Part shown: positions 9,108 to 19,222 of the stretch, piece by piece
Layout of the letters: each line of letters begins with the position of its first letter
Numbering within the stretch: the stretch's first letter is position 1
DNA from: an uncultured Lachnospiraceae bacterium
Lineage (GTDB): Bacteria > Bacillota > Clostridia > Christensenellales > UBA1242
NCBI GenBank assembly: GCA_964368425.1
Contig: CAYJAP010000001.1
Span: 15,522 to 79,521, forward strand
Direction: 5' to 3'
DNA: 64,000 nt
Made by a program: the position numbers and the translations under genes
The notes under the pieces: generated by a model
The model's input: the letters and a program-made list of their open reading frames with translations, nothing else
The model's database searches: none
What the model was told of the DNA's origin: nothing

Positions 9108-12100
9108 TTGAATTTAAAACAGGTAGAAGTTATAGGGTTTAAATCTTTCGCTGATTTGACAAAACTTACTTTCGATAGTGGCATCACTGCGATTGTTGGC
9201 CCAAACGGTTGTGGGAAAAGCAACGTGGCCGATGCAGTTCGTTGGGTACTGGGCGAGCAGAGTAGTAAGACGTTACGTGGAACAAATATGCAGGACGTTA
9301 TTTTCAAGGGAACAGAGAAAAGAAAAAGTCTTTCTTTTTGTGAAGTGTCTCTTCTTTTTGATAATTCTAACAAGATTTTTAAGACCGAGTTTCAGGAGCT
9401 ATTAATCACTCGTAAGCTTTTTCGTAGTGGTGAAAGTGAATACATGATAAACCGTGAAAGCTGCAGGTTGAAAGACATTATTGATTTATTGCATGATAGT
9501 GGTATAGGTAAGAGCGGTTATAGTATCATAGGGCAGGGAAAAATAGACGAGATAATTTCCTCTAAACCAGAGGATAGAAGGGCGATATTTGAAGAGGCAG
9601 CAGGTATAGCAAAATCTAAATTCAAAAAGTTAGAGGCGGAAAGAAAACTAGAAAGGACGCAGGGTAATCTCACTCGTATAACCGACATAATAGCCGAGAT
9701 CGAACGCCAATTAATTCCTCTACAGCAACAGTCAGATATTGCAAAAAAATATCTTGATTTAAAGGAACAACTGAAGCTACAAGAGGTTAACACATACATA
9801 TATCAGCACGATTATGCTTCCAGCTACAAGGAAGAAATAAGCTATAAGATAAGCCAGCTGGTAAAAGAATTGAACGAAAAACAAAAAGAACTGGATATGG
9901 TTATTCAGGGATATAACCAGTCTTTTGATAAAATAAACAACATTGACGAAGGTATCGCTGAGTTAAGAGACAGGGTGCTTTTCATTACCGTCGGTTTAGA
10001 GAAAAAGGCGGGAGAAAGCAACCTTCTAAGAGAAAAGATAAAAAACTGTGAGACTGAAAAAGATAGATATGCGAGTATCATCTCTCGTAATACGACGGTC
10101 GCAGATAAGAGCTCACAGACGTTAAAAGATAAAGCTCAGGAGAAGAAAGATAAGTCGGAAGAACTATCGGTTTTACAAAATAGGTTAGCCGAGATATCTA
10201 CTGCTTATGAGCGCATTAATAAAGAGTTGCAGAGCAATGAAAGTGAGGCGCAAGAGGCACAGCTTAAAATATACGAATCGTTAAGTAAATTAGGTGATGT
10301 GAAGGCACAAATATCGGCTTTAAATAGCGAAACTAATACGTACACTACTCAGTTGGCCGAGATCCAAGAGTCTTTGAAAACGTCTATGGTTAGGTTGCAG
10401 GATTATAGCGACAAACTAAAAACGTCTAAAGATAATTTAACAAGGTCCCTTGAAAAGGTTGTTTCCTGCAAAAAGAAGTTGGAAGAACTTTCTGTTAAAC
10501 AGTCAGCAAAAATGGCTGAGCTAAAAGAAGTAGAAATAAAAATTAATACAACCAACAACAATCTCATAACTCTAAAACACAGAAAAAAGATGTTGGAAGA
10601 TATGCAGAGGGAGTACGAGGGGTACTTCGGTAGTGTGAAACGTCTATTGACAGATGCCGAAAGTAACCGTGAACTTAAATCCAAAATTGTTGGAGTTTTA
10701 GCTACGCTAATCAAGGTTCCTAAGAAATACGAGACAGCGATAGAAATGGCATTGGGAAGTGCTGTGCAGAACATAGTCACACATACAGACAGTGGTGCAA
10801 AAGACTTGGTTGAGTACCTCAAAAGAAAAGAGTATGGGCGTGCGACGTTCTTGCCAATTAACAGCGTAAGATCGAGATATCTCGATGGTTACCATAATCA
10901 ATCGTTAAAAATTGCAGGAGTGCTTGGAGTAGCCAGTGAACTTATTTCTTACGACAAAAACATTGAAAACATCGTGAGTAATTTGTTGGCGACAACGGTT
11001 ATCTGTGATGATTTAAACAGTGCAATTGCAGTAGCTAAAGAAAGCAAATATTCTTTCAGAATTGTCACTCTTGATGGAGATATTATCAATCCACAAGGAA
11101 GCATAACAGGCGGAAGTAAGAAGGCGCAAATAACAAACCTTTTAAGTAGAGAAAGTAACATTAATGAAGCTCAAAAGATGGTGGATAAACTCGAGTCAGA
11201 GAATGTAAGCCTACGCCGCTTGCAGGAAGAACTAGTCTTTACAGTAAACAAATTGACGACAGGAATAAAGTCGGAAACTGAACTTCTGCGTGAGGCGGAA
11301 ATAGGATATGCAACTGAGAACGAGCGTTGCGATAAGCTGACACAGATAGTCGCTGACCTTGAGAGTGAAGTGAATACGTTAGAAAGTAACAAGGCTAAGG
11401 TAAAACAGATTCTTAACTCGATACAAGTTGAGCAGGAGAAAATAGCTATTTTACAAGAAAATTATGCAGTGGAAAGTAACATTTCTATCGAAAACACAGA
11501 GTTTGTATCTCTGAAACAGAAGAGAGAAGAATACTCAGAAGCGTTGACTGAATTAAAGGTGCAAATTGTTCAAATTGAAACCTTTTTACACAACGTAGAC
11601 ATGGAATTATTCCGTTTGGAAGAAGAAATATCTACAGCACAAACAGTTCTTGCAGAAACACAACAGCACTATGACAACAACGAGAACATCTTAAAAGCAC
11701 TGAAAGAGATTGATTTAGGTAAAAGTGATGACTCTGCTGGTACAGAGATTGAAGAGCTAAACGAAGCTAAGGCAAAATTGGCTAGTTTAGACGAGTACAA
11801 GCACCAGTTACAGGTAAATCTAAGGAAGTTGGAAGAAGATAGAATGGCATTAGGTGCTGTCGTAAATCGTCTCCAGGATAAGAAATATCAAGAAGAATTG
11901 AATCTAACAAAGGTTGATACCGATATAGAGACAATGCAAGAGAGAATCTGGAGTGAATATGAACTGACTTATAGTTCGGCTCAGGATTATAAGGTGGAGA
12001 ACTTTAACATCAAGACTGGGCTTACCAGTATAAACAAGCTTAAAAAAGAGATTCTGTCTTTGGGCAATGTCAATGTTAACGCTATAGAGGATTGTAAAGC

Positions 12101-12680
12101 TCTGCAAGATAGATTCGGAAATATGTACGAACAATCCCAAGATTTGATCAAAGCAGAAGCGGATTTGAAGAAAATTATCAAAGATCTTGCGAACGAAATG
12201 GTTTCACGTTTCGAAGCTGAGTTTAATAAAATAAACGAAAACTTTGGTAAGGTGTTTAAAGAGTTATTTGGTGGCGGAACAGCCAAGCTACAACTGTTAA
12301 AGAGCGATGACGTTCTGGAAGCAGGGGTAGATATTATTGCTGAACCTCCGGGCAAGAAGCTGAGCAACATAACGCTATTAAGTGGTGGGGAAAAAGCATT
12401 GACCGCAATAGCCATACTGTTCGCGATACTACGTCTAAAACCTATGCCATTCTGTCTGCTAGACGAGATAGAAGCACCGCTTGATGAAGCCAATGTAGGA
12501 AGGTTTGCAAAGTACTTACAAAGGTATTCTCACGAGACTCAGTTTGTGGTTATAACACACAAGAAAACGACGATGGAGCATGCGGATACTTTGTATGGTG
12601 TTACAATGGAAGAGAAAGGAGTTAGTAAAATAGTTTCTGTTAAGTTGTCTGATGCAATAAAAAATAGCGAGGAGAAGTAA
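9108..12680 (+). CDS. smc: Chromosome segregation protein SMC
   Basis: Walker A GPNGCGKSN, long coiled coils, hinge, signature LSGGEKALTA and Walker B LLDEIEAPLD. TTG 9108 with a GGAGG RBS 6 nt upstream is preferred. A TTGTCC-18-TGg-TACAAT promoter (-10 at 9066-9071) puts the predicted +1 (~9078) just past the ATG at 9075. Confidence 0.93.
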   Translation: MNLKQVEVIGFKSFADLTKLTFDSGITAIVGPNGCGKSNVADAVRWVLGEQSSKTLRGTNMQDVIFKGTEKRKSLSFCEVSLLFDNSNKIFKTEFQELLITRKLFRSGESEYMINRESCRLKDIIDLLHDSGIGKSGYSIIGQGKIDEIISSKPEDRRAIFEEAAGIAKSKFKKLEAERKLERTQGNLTRITDIIAEIERQLIPLQQQSDIAKKYLDLKEQLKLQEVNTYIYQHDYASSYKEEISYKISQLVKELNEKQKELDMVIQGYNQSFDKINNIDEGIAELRDRVLFITVGLEKKAGESNLLREKIKNCETEKDRYASIISRNTTVADKSSQTLKDKAQEKKDKSEELSVLQNRLAEISTAYERINKELQSNESEAQEAQLKIYESLSKLGDVKAQISALNSETNTYTTQLAEIQESLKTSMVRLQDYSDKLKTSKDNLTRSLEKVVSCKKKLEELSVKQSAKMAELKEVEIKINTTNNNLITLKHRKKMLEDMQREYEGYFGSVKRLLTDAESNRELKSKIVGVLATLIKVPKKYETAIEMALGSAVQNIVTHTDSGAKDLVEYLKRKEYGRATFLPINSVRSRYLDGYHNQSLKIAGVLGVASELISYDKNIENIVSNLLATTVICDDLNSAIAVAKESKYSFRIVTLDGDIINPQGSITGGSKKAQITNLLSRESNINEAQKMVDKLESENVSLRRLQEELVFTVNKLTTGIKSETELLREAEIGYATENERCDKLTQIVADLESEVNTLESNKAKVKQILNSIQVEQEKIAILQENYAVESNISIENTEFVSLKQKREEYSEALTELKVQIVQIETFLHNVDMELFRLEEEISTAQTVLAETQQHYDNNENILKALKEIDLGKSDDSAGTEIEELNEAKAKLASLDEYKHQLQVNLRKLEEDRMALGAVVNRLQDKKYQEELNLTKVDTDIETMQERIWSEYELTYSSAQDYKVENFNIKTGLTSINKLKKEILSLGNVNVNAIEDCKALQDRFGNMYEQSQDLIKAEADLKKIIKDLANEMVSRFEAEFNKINENFGKVFKELFGGGTAKLQLLKSDDVLEAGVDIIAEPPGKKLSNITLLSGGEKALTAIAILFAILRLKPMPFCLLDEIEAPLDEANVGRFAKYLQRYSHETQFVVITHKKTTMEHADTLYGVTMEEKGVSKIVSVKLSDAIKNSEEK

Positions 12681-13576
12681 TGGGTTTATTTTCAAAGATA
12701 GTACATGGTTTGAAAAAGACAAAAGAATCTATCTCAACCAAACTTAATAGCATCTTTCACGGTGAGTTAGACGACGAATTTTATGATGACCTTGAATTTG
12801 CTCTGGTGTCTTCTGACATAGGTGCGAAAGCTTCACAGGAGCTTATAGAGTATATCAAACAGCGTGCCAAGAAAGATAAAATTAAGTCCGCCGACAAGGC
12901 TCGCGAGTATCTGCGTGATGCAATGATAGAGATGTTAGACATCGATAATGTAAGCGAAAAGGCTCCTTGTTTGATAACGTTTATAGGTGTAAATGGAGTA
13001 GGTAAAACAACTACAATAGGGAAGTTTGCACATAATCGAGTTTCTCAGAAACAGTCCGTGTTGATGGTTGCGGCAGACACGTTTAGAGCAGCGGCAACTG
13101 AGCAGTTACAGACATGGGCAGACCGTTCTAAATCTCGTATAGTTAAATACGCACAAGGGGCTGATCCTAGTGCTGTGGTGTATGACGGTATCGCCTCTGC
13201 GTTAGCGAAAAAAGAGAGTTTTGTCTTGGTTGACACTGCTGGGCGGTTGCACAATAAAGTAAATTTAATGGAAGAGCTAAAGAAGATGTCCAAGATCATC
13301 GATAGAGAGTGGGTTGCTAAGGGCAACCAATATCTCAACTATCTGGTGATAGACGCCACAGTCGGTCAAAACGCTCTTTCTCAAGTGGAAGCTTTTAACG
13401 AAATCTGTCCTATTGACGGCATTATCCTTACTAAGATTGACGGTACTTCAAAGGGCGGGATTATACTTGCTATAGCCAAAGAGTTCGGTATACCAATAAA
13501 ATATATCGGCGTAGGAGAGGGCATAGACGATTTACAACCATTTGATGCAAAAACTTTTGTGCAAGAAATAATATAA
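12680..13576 (+). CDS. ftsY: Signal recognition particle receptor FtsY
   Basis: GVNGVGKTTTIGK, DTAGR and TKIDGTSKGG motifs. The TAATG overlaps the smc stop. Confidence 0.95.
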   Translation: MGLFSKIVHGLKKTKESISTKLNSIFHGELDDEFYDDLEFALVSSDIGAKASQELIEYIKQRAKKDKIKSADKAREYLRDAMIEMLDIDNVSEKAPCLITFIGVNGVGKTTTIGKFAHNRVSQKQSVLMVAADTFRAAATEQLQTWADRSKSRIVKYAQGADPSAVVYDGIASALAKKESFVLVDTAGRLHNKVNLMEELKKMSKIIDREWVAKGNQYLNYLVIDATVGQNALSQVEAFNEICPIDGIILTKIDGTSKGGIILAIAKEFGIPIKYIGVGEGIDDLQPFDAKTFVQEII

Positions 13577-13582
13577 AATTTA

Positions 13583-13611
13583 TTGACAATAATATATAGG
13601 TGTAATATAAT
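13583..13611 (+). promoter_or_regulatory. Consensus sigma-A promoter for ylxM-ffh
   Basis: Perfect TTGACA (13583-13588), 17 nt, TATAAT (13606-13611). Predicted +1 is ~13618. Confidence 0.7.
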
Positions 13612-13646
13612 GTGTGTAAAGTAAAAAAGCTTTACACATGTTTTTT
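13610..13646 (+). terminator. Intrinsic terminator for ftsY read-through, overlapping the ylxM promoter
   Basis: 9-bp stem TGTGTAAAG (13613-13621) / CTTTACACA (13630-13638), extendable by wobble pairs, then T6 (13641-13646). Confidence 0.7.
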
Positions 13647-13657
13647 AGGAGCGGAGA

Positions 13658-13981
13658 GTGAGTATAGAGAATAACATTGAAATATGTACACTGTTTGATA
13701 CCTATGGAAATCTCTTAACAAACAGACAGCAAGAAGTTATAAAAGATTACTATTTCTTTAACACCTCTTTATCTGAGATTGCAGAGATGTACGAGATATC
13801 TCGACAGGCAGTAAGAGACATGTTGGTTAGAAGCGTATCTACTTTACAAGATACAGAAAAGAAGCTGGGATTGGTTGCACGAAATACAAAAGCAGTCGCT
13901 GAATTACAGCAGATGATAGACGGAACATCAGTAGCACAAAAGGAAAGAATAGAAAAAATCATATCTTTAATAAAGGAGTAG
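13658..13981 (+). CDS. ylxM: YlxM/UPF0122 putative DNA-binding protein (sigma-70 region 4-like HTH)
   Basis: 107 aa with LSEIAEMYEISRQAVRD HTH, in the conserved position upstream of ffh. GTG start with an AGGAG RBS 6 nt upstream. Confidence 0.88.
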   Translation: MSIENNIEICTLFDTYGNLLTNRQQEVIKDYYFFNTSLSEIAEMYEISRQAVRDMLVRSVSTLQDTEKKLGLVARNTKAVAELQQMIDGTSVAQKERIEKIISLIKE

Positions 13982-13984
13982 TTT

Positions 13985-15304
13985 GTGGCTTTATTTAGTT
14001 CATTAAGTGAAAAATTAGGGCACGTATTCAGCAAGTTAACCAAGAAAGGAGTGCTTACTGAGTTAGAGATAAAAACTGCTATGAGAGAGATTAGAATGGT
14101 GCTGTTAGAGGCCGACGTTAATTTCTTAGTGGTAAAAGATTTAGTTGCTAAAATTACTGAACAGTGTATGGGAGAAAGGGTATTAAAAAGTCTTACTCCG
14201 GGACAGCAAGTAATTAAAATTGTTAATGAAGAGTTAACGGCGCTAATGGGAAACACAAACAGTAAACTTGCTGTAGCGAGCAAACCGCCGACAGTTATTC
14301 TGATGTGTGGGCTACAGGGAGCGGGTAAAACCACGCTCTGTGGAAAACTAGCTAAACATCTCAAAAAACAAGGAAAGAAACCGTTACTAGTTGCGTGCGA
14401 CATTTACCGTCCAGCAGCTATCAACCAGTTGAAAGTTGTGGCAAAATCTATCGATACAGAAGTGTACGACGAAGGATTAAACGCTAAGCCTCATAAGACG
14501 GCTTCTAATGCGGTAACTTATGCGGATAAAAAGGGTTATGACACAGTTATAATTGATACTGCAGGACGTTTACACATCAACGAAGAGTTAATGGATGAGT
14601 TGCAACAAATTAAGAAAGCAACCAAGCCGGATGAGATTTTGTTAGTTGTGGACAGTATGACAGGTCAAGACGCTGTCAATGTGGCACAATCGTTTAACGA
14701 AAAGCTTGATGTTACGGGCGTAGTACTTACAAAGTTAGACGGGGATACTCGTGGTGGTGCGGCTCTTAGTATTAAAGCAATAACCGGTAAACCTATAAAG
14801 TTCTGTTCGGTGGGCGAAAAGATGGACGATTTAGAGTTGTTCTATCCCGACAGAATGGCGTCACGAATCCTCAATATGGGAGATGTGCTGACCTTGATTG
14901 AAAAGGCTCAGGATACGGTTGACAAAGAAGAGGCTATAAAGTTAGAGAAAAAGCTACGAGAAAATTCCTTTACTTTCGACGATTACCTTGTACAATTTGA
15001 GCAGTTGAAAAAGATGGGAAATATCTCAGACTTGCTATCGATGATACCGGGTGCGGGCAAGTTGAAACTTTCGGCAAATGCTATCGATGAAAACCAGATT
15101 AAGAGAAACAAGGCGATCATTCAAAGCATGACAAAAGAAGAGCGTAACAATCCTGACATGATCAAAGCAGGTAGAAGAAAAAGGATAGCTGAAGGTAGTG
15201 GTACTACGATCCAAGAAGTTAATATCCTGATAAAACAATTTTATCAATCTAAAGATTTAATAAAGATGTACAAAAATAAAAAGGGGCTTAGAATGCCTTT
15301 CTAA
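13985..15304 (+). CDS. ffh: Signal recognition particle protein Ffh
   Basis: GLQGAGKTTLCGKLA, DTAGRLH and TKLDGDTRGG motifs, Met-rich M domain. GTG start with AAGGAG RBS. Confidence 0.95.
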   Translation: MALFSSLSEKLGHVFSKLTKKGVLTELEIKTAMREIRMVLLEADVNFLVVKDLVAKITEQCMGERVLKSLTPGQQVIKIVNEELTALMGNTNSKLAVASKPPTVILMCGLQGAGKTTLCGKLAKHLKKQGKKPLLVACDIYRPAAINQLKVVAKSIDTEVYDEGLNAKPHKTASNAVTYADKKGYDTVIIDTAGRLHINEELMDELQQIKKATKPDEILLVVDSMTGQDAVNVAQSFNEKLDVTGVVLTKLDGDTRGGAALSIKAITGKPIKFCSVGEKMDDLELFYPDRMASRILNMGDVLTLIEKAQDTVDKEEAIKLEKKLRENSFTFDDYLVQFEQLKKMGNISDLLSMIPGAGKLKLSANAIDENQIKRNKAIIQSMTKEERNNPDMIKAGRRKRIAEGSGTTIQEVNILIKQFYQSKDLIKMYKNKKGLRMPF

Positions 15305-15369
15305 CGTAAGTTATTACTTTCGTAACAAAACGAAGCTTAATATACAAAAATAAACAAAAGGAGAAAAAC

Positions 15370-15669
15370 ATGGCAGTAAAAATTAGATTAACAAGATTAG
15401 GAGACAAAAAATCACCATTCTACAGAATAGTTGTTGCAGATTCAAGAGTGGCAAGAGATGGTAAAGTCATCGAAAAGCTAGGAACTTTTGACCCTCTAAA
15501 ATCACCAGCAGAGATTAAGTTAGATGTTGAAAGAGCTTCTTACTGGCTATCTACTGGAGCACAACCTACAGAAACTGCAAAAGCACTACTTGTAAAACAA
15601 GGCGTGATTGCACAATCTACAAGAAAATCTGCTCCAAAAACCGATAAAAAGAAAAAAGAAAGTAAATAG
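15370..15669 (+). CDS. rpsP: 30S ribosomal protein S16
   Basis: [26 protein letters not shown]. Confidence 0.96.
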   Translation: MAVKIRLTRLGDKKSPFYRIVVADSRVARDGKVIEKLGTFDPLKSPAEIKLDVERASYWLSTGAQPTETAKALLVKQGVIAQSTRKSAPKTDKKKKESK

Positions 15670-15680
15670 TTTGGAGGTGG

Positions 15681-15923
15681 ATGATGGAAGAATTAGTAAA
15701 ATTTATTGTTAAAAATATTGTGTCCAATCCTGATGATGTTAAGGTTACCAGTGAAGAGGAAAGCGAAACGGTTACACTTGTACACGTAAATGTAAATGCC
15801 AGTGATGTCGGTAAAATTATCGGTAAAAACGGCAGAGTTGTTAGTGCTCTAAGAACTATCGTAAAATCTCTTTCTGCAAAAACAGGTAAGAGATACATAC
15901 TGAAAATCGACGACAAAAAATAA
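15681..15923 (+). CDS. ylqC: KH-domain RNA-binding protein (YlqC/KhpA-like)
   Basis: 80 aa with a GKIIGKNGR GxxG KH motif, in the conserved slot between rpsP and rimM. The start could be ATG 15684. Confidence 0.88.
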   Translation: MMEELVKFIVKNIVSNPDDVKVTSEEESETVTLVHVNVNASDVGKIIGKNGRVVSALRTIVKSLSAKTGKRYILKIDDKK

Positions 15924-15936
15924 TGCTGGAGAGCTT

Positions 15937-16422
15937 ATGAGAAATATAATAGTGGGTATTGTAACTAAGCCCCACGGATTAAAGGGCGATGTAAGGGTTA
16001 AGTTGGTAGATGTAAATACTTTAGACGGTATATCTACTGTCTTTATCGATGGTCAAAAATATACCATCGAGAAAAGCTCTTTACGTCCGAATATCGCCAT
16101 ACTTAAGTTCTCAGACGTGCACTCCTATGAAGAGGCAGATATCCTCAGAAACAAGGAAATTACTACTCAAGTGGATAAAATTACACTAACTAAAAATCAA
16201 TATCTTGTTGAAGATCTACTTAATAAGAAGATTATTACAGATAGTGGCAAAGAGATAGGTAAGTTAGTTGCGATTGAGGGATTTGGTTCAGCAGACGTGT
16301 TTACTGTTATAGATAGCTCTGGCAAAGAAATATATTTTCCTTTCGCAAGAGGGATTATTAAAGAAGTCGGCGACGATATTATTATCAAAGAAAAAGTTTT
16401 CAATGAAGTTGGAGTTTATTAA
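15937..16422 (+). CDS. rimM: 16S rRNA processing protein RimM
   Basis: VGIVTKPHGLKGDVRV N-terminus, 161 aa, conserved synteny. Confidence 0.92.
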   Translation: MRNIIVGIVTKPHGLKGDVRVKLVDVNTLDGISTVFIDGQKYTIEKSSLRPNIAILKFSDVHSYEEADILRNKEITTQVDKITLTKNQYLVEDLLNKKIITDSGKEIGKLVAIEGFGSADVFTVIDSSGKEIYFPFARGIIKEVGDDIIIKEKVFNEVGVY

Positions 16423-17090
16423 TGAAAATAGATATTCTCACACTATTTCCCGAGATGTTTTCTTCGCTTAACCACAGCATTATCGGAAAAGCAATAGACA
16501 AAAACGTATTACAGTTAAACGTAACAAATATACGTGATTTTTCTGTTGAGAAACACAAGAAGGTGGATGACTACCCTTATAGCGGCGGTGCAGGTATGGT
16601 TATGATGCCGCAACCTCTATACGATGCTATCGGTAGTGTAAAAGGAAAGAATTCGTATGTGATATATCTTTCTCCTAAAGGCACAACGTTAACTCAAGAT
16701 AAGGTAAAAGAGTTATCTCAAAAAGAGAATTTAGTTCTTGTCTGTGGACATTACGAGGGCATCGACGAGCGCGTAATTGAGCTGTGTATTGATGAGCAAA
16801 TTAGTATAGGGGATTACGTTCTTACAGGTGGGGAGCTTCCAGCTATGGTGTTAGTAGATGCTGTGAGCAGGTACATACCAGGCGTTCTTGGTAATAGCGA
16901 AAGTGCAGTTGATGAGAGTTTTAGTGACGGCTTGTTGGAGTACCCTTTATACACTAGACCACAGGAGTTTAGAGGTATGAAGGTTCCAGACGTGTTGATA
17001 TCTGGTAACCACAAAGAAATAGAAAAGTGGAAGAAAAAAAACAAAGAAAAAGAAACAAAAAAATATCGACCTGATTTATTATCGTATTAG
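16422..17090 (+). CDS. trmD: tRNA (guanine37-N1)-methyltransferase TrmD
   Basis: IDILTLFPEMF, YSGGAGMVM and GHYEGIDERV motifs. Confidence 0.95.
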   Translation: MKIDILTLFPEMFSSLNHSIIGKAIDKNVLQLNVTNIRDFSVEKHKKVDDYPYSGGAGMVMMPQPLYDAIGSVKGKNSYVIYLSPKGTTLTQDKVKELSQKENLVLVCGHYEGIDERVIELCIDEQISIGDYVLTGGELPAMVLVDAVSRYIPGVLGNSESAVDESFSDGLLEYPLYTRPQEFRGMKVPDVLISGNHKEIEKWKKKNKEKETKKYRPDLLSY

Positions 17091-17105
17091 GTGAAAGGAG
17101 GGTTT

Positions 17106-18002
17106 ATGGTTATCCAATGGTTTCCGGGGCATATGCATAAAGCATTAAAGTTGATGGAGAATGAACTAAAGATTGTTGACATAATAATCTACGTGTTGGA
17201 TAGTAGAGCCCCTTTTTCTTGCTCAAATCCAAAGTTGAACGAGCTTGCTAAAGACAAGCAGGTGGTTTATATTTTTAATAAAAGCGACTTGGCGGACAAC
17301 AAAAAGGTGGACGAGTGGATATCTTTCTTTTCTAAAAAAGGAAAGTGTATCAAGATTAATAGTATACAGAGTGGTACGGGAAAGAAGGTAGAGGAAGCGA
17401 TCGCGACGGCAGCGTCGGCAAAAGTTGAACGGCTTAAAAATAAGAACGTGAATGCGACGCTAAGAGGGATGGTTATTGGAGTTCCGAATTGTGGTAAAAG
17501 TACGTTGATAAATAACTTAACGAACAAAGGTAAAACGCAGACGGGCAACAAGCCGGGTGTGACGAGAGGAAAACAGTGGATAAAACTCCCTAGCGGTATA
17601 GAGGTTGTCGACACTCCAGGAACGTTATGGCCAGCTTTTACTAATTCTAAAGTTGCTAAACATCTTGCTTACATAGGGTCTATAAAAGACGAAGTGTTAG
17701 ATATTTACACTCTAAGTTTGGAGTTTCTGACAGACATTAATATCATGTATCCCGGCATTCTGGAAAACAAGTACAAGATTACAATTTCGCCAGAGGATAT
17801 GTCGCTGGATATACTAGGCAAAATATGTAAATCCAGAGGGTTTTTACTGAAGAAAGGAGAACTGGATTACGAACGAGGAAGTTATGCTGTAATTACCGAT
17901 TTCAGACAAGGTAAACTGGGAAGAATTACCTTAGATGACGTGAAACAAATGGACTCCCTGGCGGTTAAAGATAATATAAGAGAGAAATATGAAGAAAGAT
18001 AA
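17106..18002 (+). CDS. rbgA: Ribosome biogenesis GTPase A (RbgA/YlqF)
   Basis: IQWFPGHMHKA and a circularly permuted GTPase (NKSDL ... GVPNCGKSTLIN ... DTPG). An AGGAGG RBS supports ATG 17106. Confidence 0.92.
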   Translation: MVIQWFPGHMHKALKLMENELKIVDIIIYVLDSRAPFSCSNPKLNELAKDKQVVYIFNKSDLADNKKVDEWISFFSKKGKCIKINSIQSGTGKKVEEAIATAASAKVERLKNKNVNATLRGMVIGVPNCGKSTLINNLTNKGKTQTGNKPGVTRGKQWIKLPSGIEVVDTPGTLWPAFTNSKVAKHLAYIGSIKDEVLDIYTLSLEFLTDINIMYPGILENKYKITISPEDMSLDILGKICKSRGFLLKKGELDYERGSYAVITDFRQGKLGRITLDDVKQMDSLAVKDNIREKYEER

Positions 18003-18603
18003 AAAAGATATGTTTTCTTTTGAAAATAAATACACAGGACAGGGGTGCAAAAGTATCGCTGGTATCGATGAAGCGGGAAGAGGGCCATTGGCAGGTCCTG
18101 TTTGTTGTGCTTGTGTAATCATGCCGTTGGACGAAGAGAATATTGTTCAGGGGATAGATGACAGTAAAAAGTTAACCGAGAAAAAAAGAGAGCAGCTCTT
18201 TGGTGAGATAATTTCAAAGGCTATTGCTTATGAGATAGTTTTTGTTGATGAAAAGGTTATTGATAGAATTAACATTTTACAGGCGACAAAAGAGGGGATG
18301 TTACAGGCGTTACGTCAGCTCAAGATATCTCCCGATATGGTGTTCGTTGACGCTGTAAGACTACCTGTAGATAACGCTGTAGCCATAGTACATGGTGACG
18401 CGGTTAGTTATAATATCGCTGCAGCATCTATACTGGCGAAGGTTTCGAGAGATAGATATATATCTGGAGTGAGTGAGAAATATCCGCAATACAACTTTGC
18501 TAAGCACAAAGGATATGGCACAAGAGAGCATATTGAGGCACTGAAAAAATACGGCAAATGCGACATTCATAGAGATACTTTTATAAGAAAATTTATAAGT
18601 TAG
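17989..18603 (+). CDS. rnhB: Ribonuclease HII
   Basis: IAGIDEAGRGPLAGPV and DDSKKL motifs. The start is uncertain: ATG 17989 overlaps rbgA by 14 nt and ATG 18010 is an alternative. Confidence 0.9.
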   Translation: MKKDKKDMFSFENKYTGQGCKSIAGIDEAGRGPLAGPVCCACVIMPLDEENIVQGIDDSKKLTEKKREQLFGEIISKAIAYEIVFVDEKVIDRINILQATKEGMLQALRQLKISPDMVFVDAVRLPVDNAVAIVHGDAVSYNIAAASILAKVSRDRYISGVSEKYPQYNFAKHKGYGTREHIEALKKYGKCDIHRDTFIRKFIS

Positions 18604-18612
18604 AGAGGAGCG

Positions 18613-18948
18613 ATGAATAAGGCTGAAGGTGTAAAGGGCGAAGTTATTGCTAGCAAGTATTTGAAGAAAAACAAATACAAGATTCTCTCTACCAACTACA
18701 CTTGTAAACTGGGTGAGATAGACATCGTTGCTGAGAAAAGAGGCGTAGTAGTTTTCATCGAAGTTAAGTTAAGAAATTCTCTGCGGTTCGGACATCCAAG
18801 AGAGGCTGTGACTACACATAAACAAAAAAAGATTCGCATGGTAGCCCAGCTCTTTTTATTAGAACGTAAATTGAATAATAGTAGTATTCGCTTTGATGTA
18901 ATAGATATTTTAGGAGAAAATATAACTCATATAGAAAATGCTTTTTGA
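18613..18948 (+). CDS. yraN: YraN-family (UPF0102) endonuclease
   Basis: 111 aa, GEIDIVA...FIEVK core, GAGGAG RBS. Confidence 0.85.
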   Translation: MNKAEGVKGEVIASKYLKKNKYKILSTNYTCKLGEIDIVAEKRGVVVFIEVKLRNSLRFGHPREAVTTHKQKKIRMVAQLFLLERKLNNSSIRFDVIDILGENITHIENAF

Positions 18949-19117
18949 TGTAAACGCTCATGTGTTTTCATAGGTACAAGCATAACTTTTGATAAAATAC
19001 ATAAAATGATATTGAACGATTATACCCTTTTTAAAGCTAGGTTGTGCCAGTTATATATTCGTTATTGTCATAAAAGTCTTAAAAATGATAAAAAATCATT
19101 CAAATTTTAAATTTTAG

Positions 19118-19146
19118 TTGCAATTTTTTTACTACTATGATAATAT
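19118..19146 (+). promoter_or_regulatory. Sigma-A-type promoter for rplS
   Basis: TTGCAA, 17 nt, TGa-TAATAT (extended -10). Predicted +1 is ~19153. Confidence 0.55.
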
Positions 19147-19152
19147 ACGGTA

Positions 19153-19222
19153 TGACTTCGGACGGTCCTCTGTACATGTGTGATGCATGAACGTCTAGTT
19201 GATATATTTAGGAGGTTAAGTC
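19153..19222 (+). ncRNA. Candidate ribosomal-protein L19 leader (5' UTR of rplS)
   Basis: A ~70-nt UTR with nested pairings (GACG 19161-64 / CGTC 19192-95; CATG/CATG inner helix) ending at the AGGAGG SD. The call rests on position and family precedent only; I cannot run a covariance model. Confidence 0.3.

Noticed and set aside
19007-19111. 34-aa ORF (MILNDYTLFKARLCQLYIRYCHKSLKNDKKSFKF) in the yraN-rplS spacer.
   Set aside because: No RBS and no supporting feature. The spacer probably holds only the rplS promoter region.
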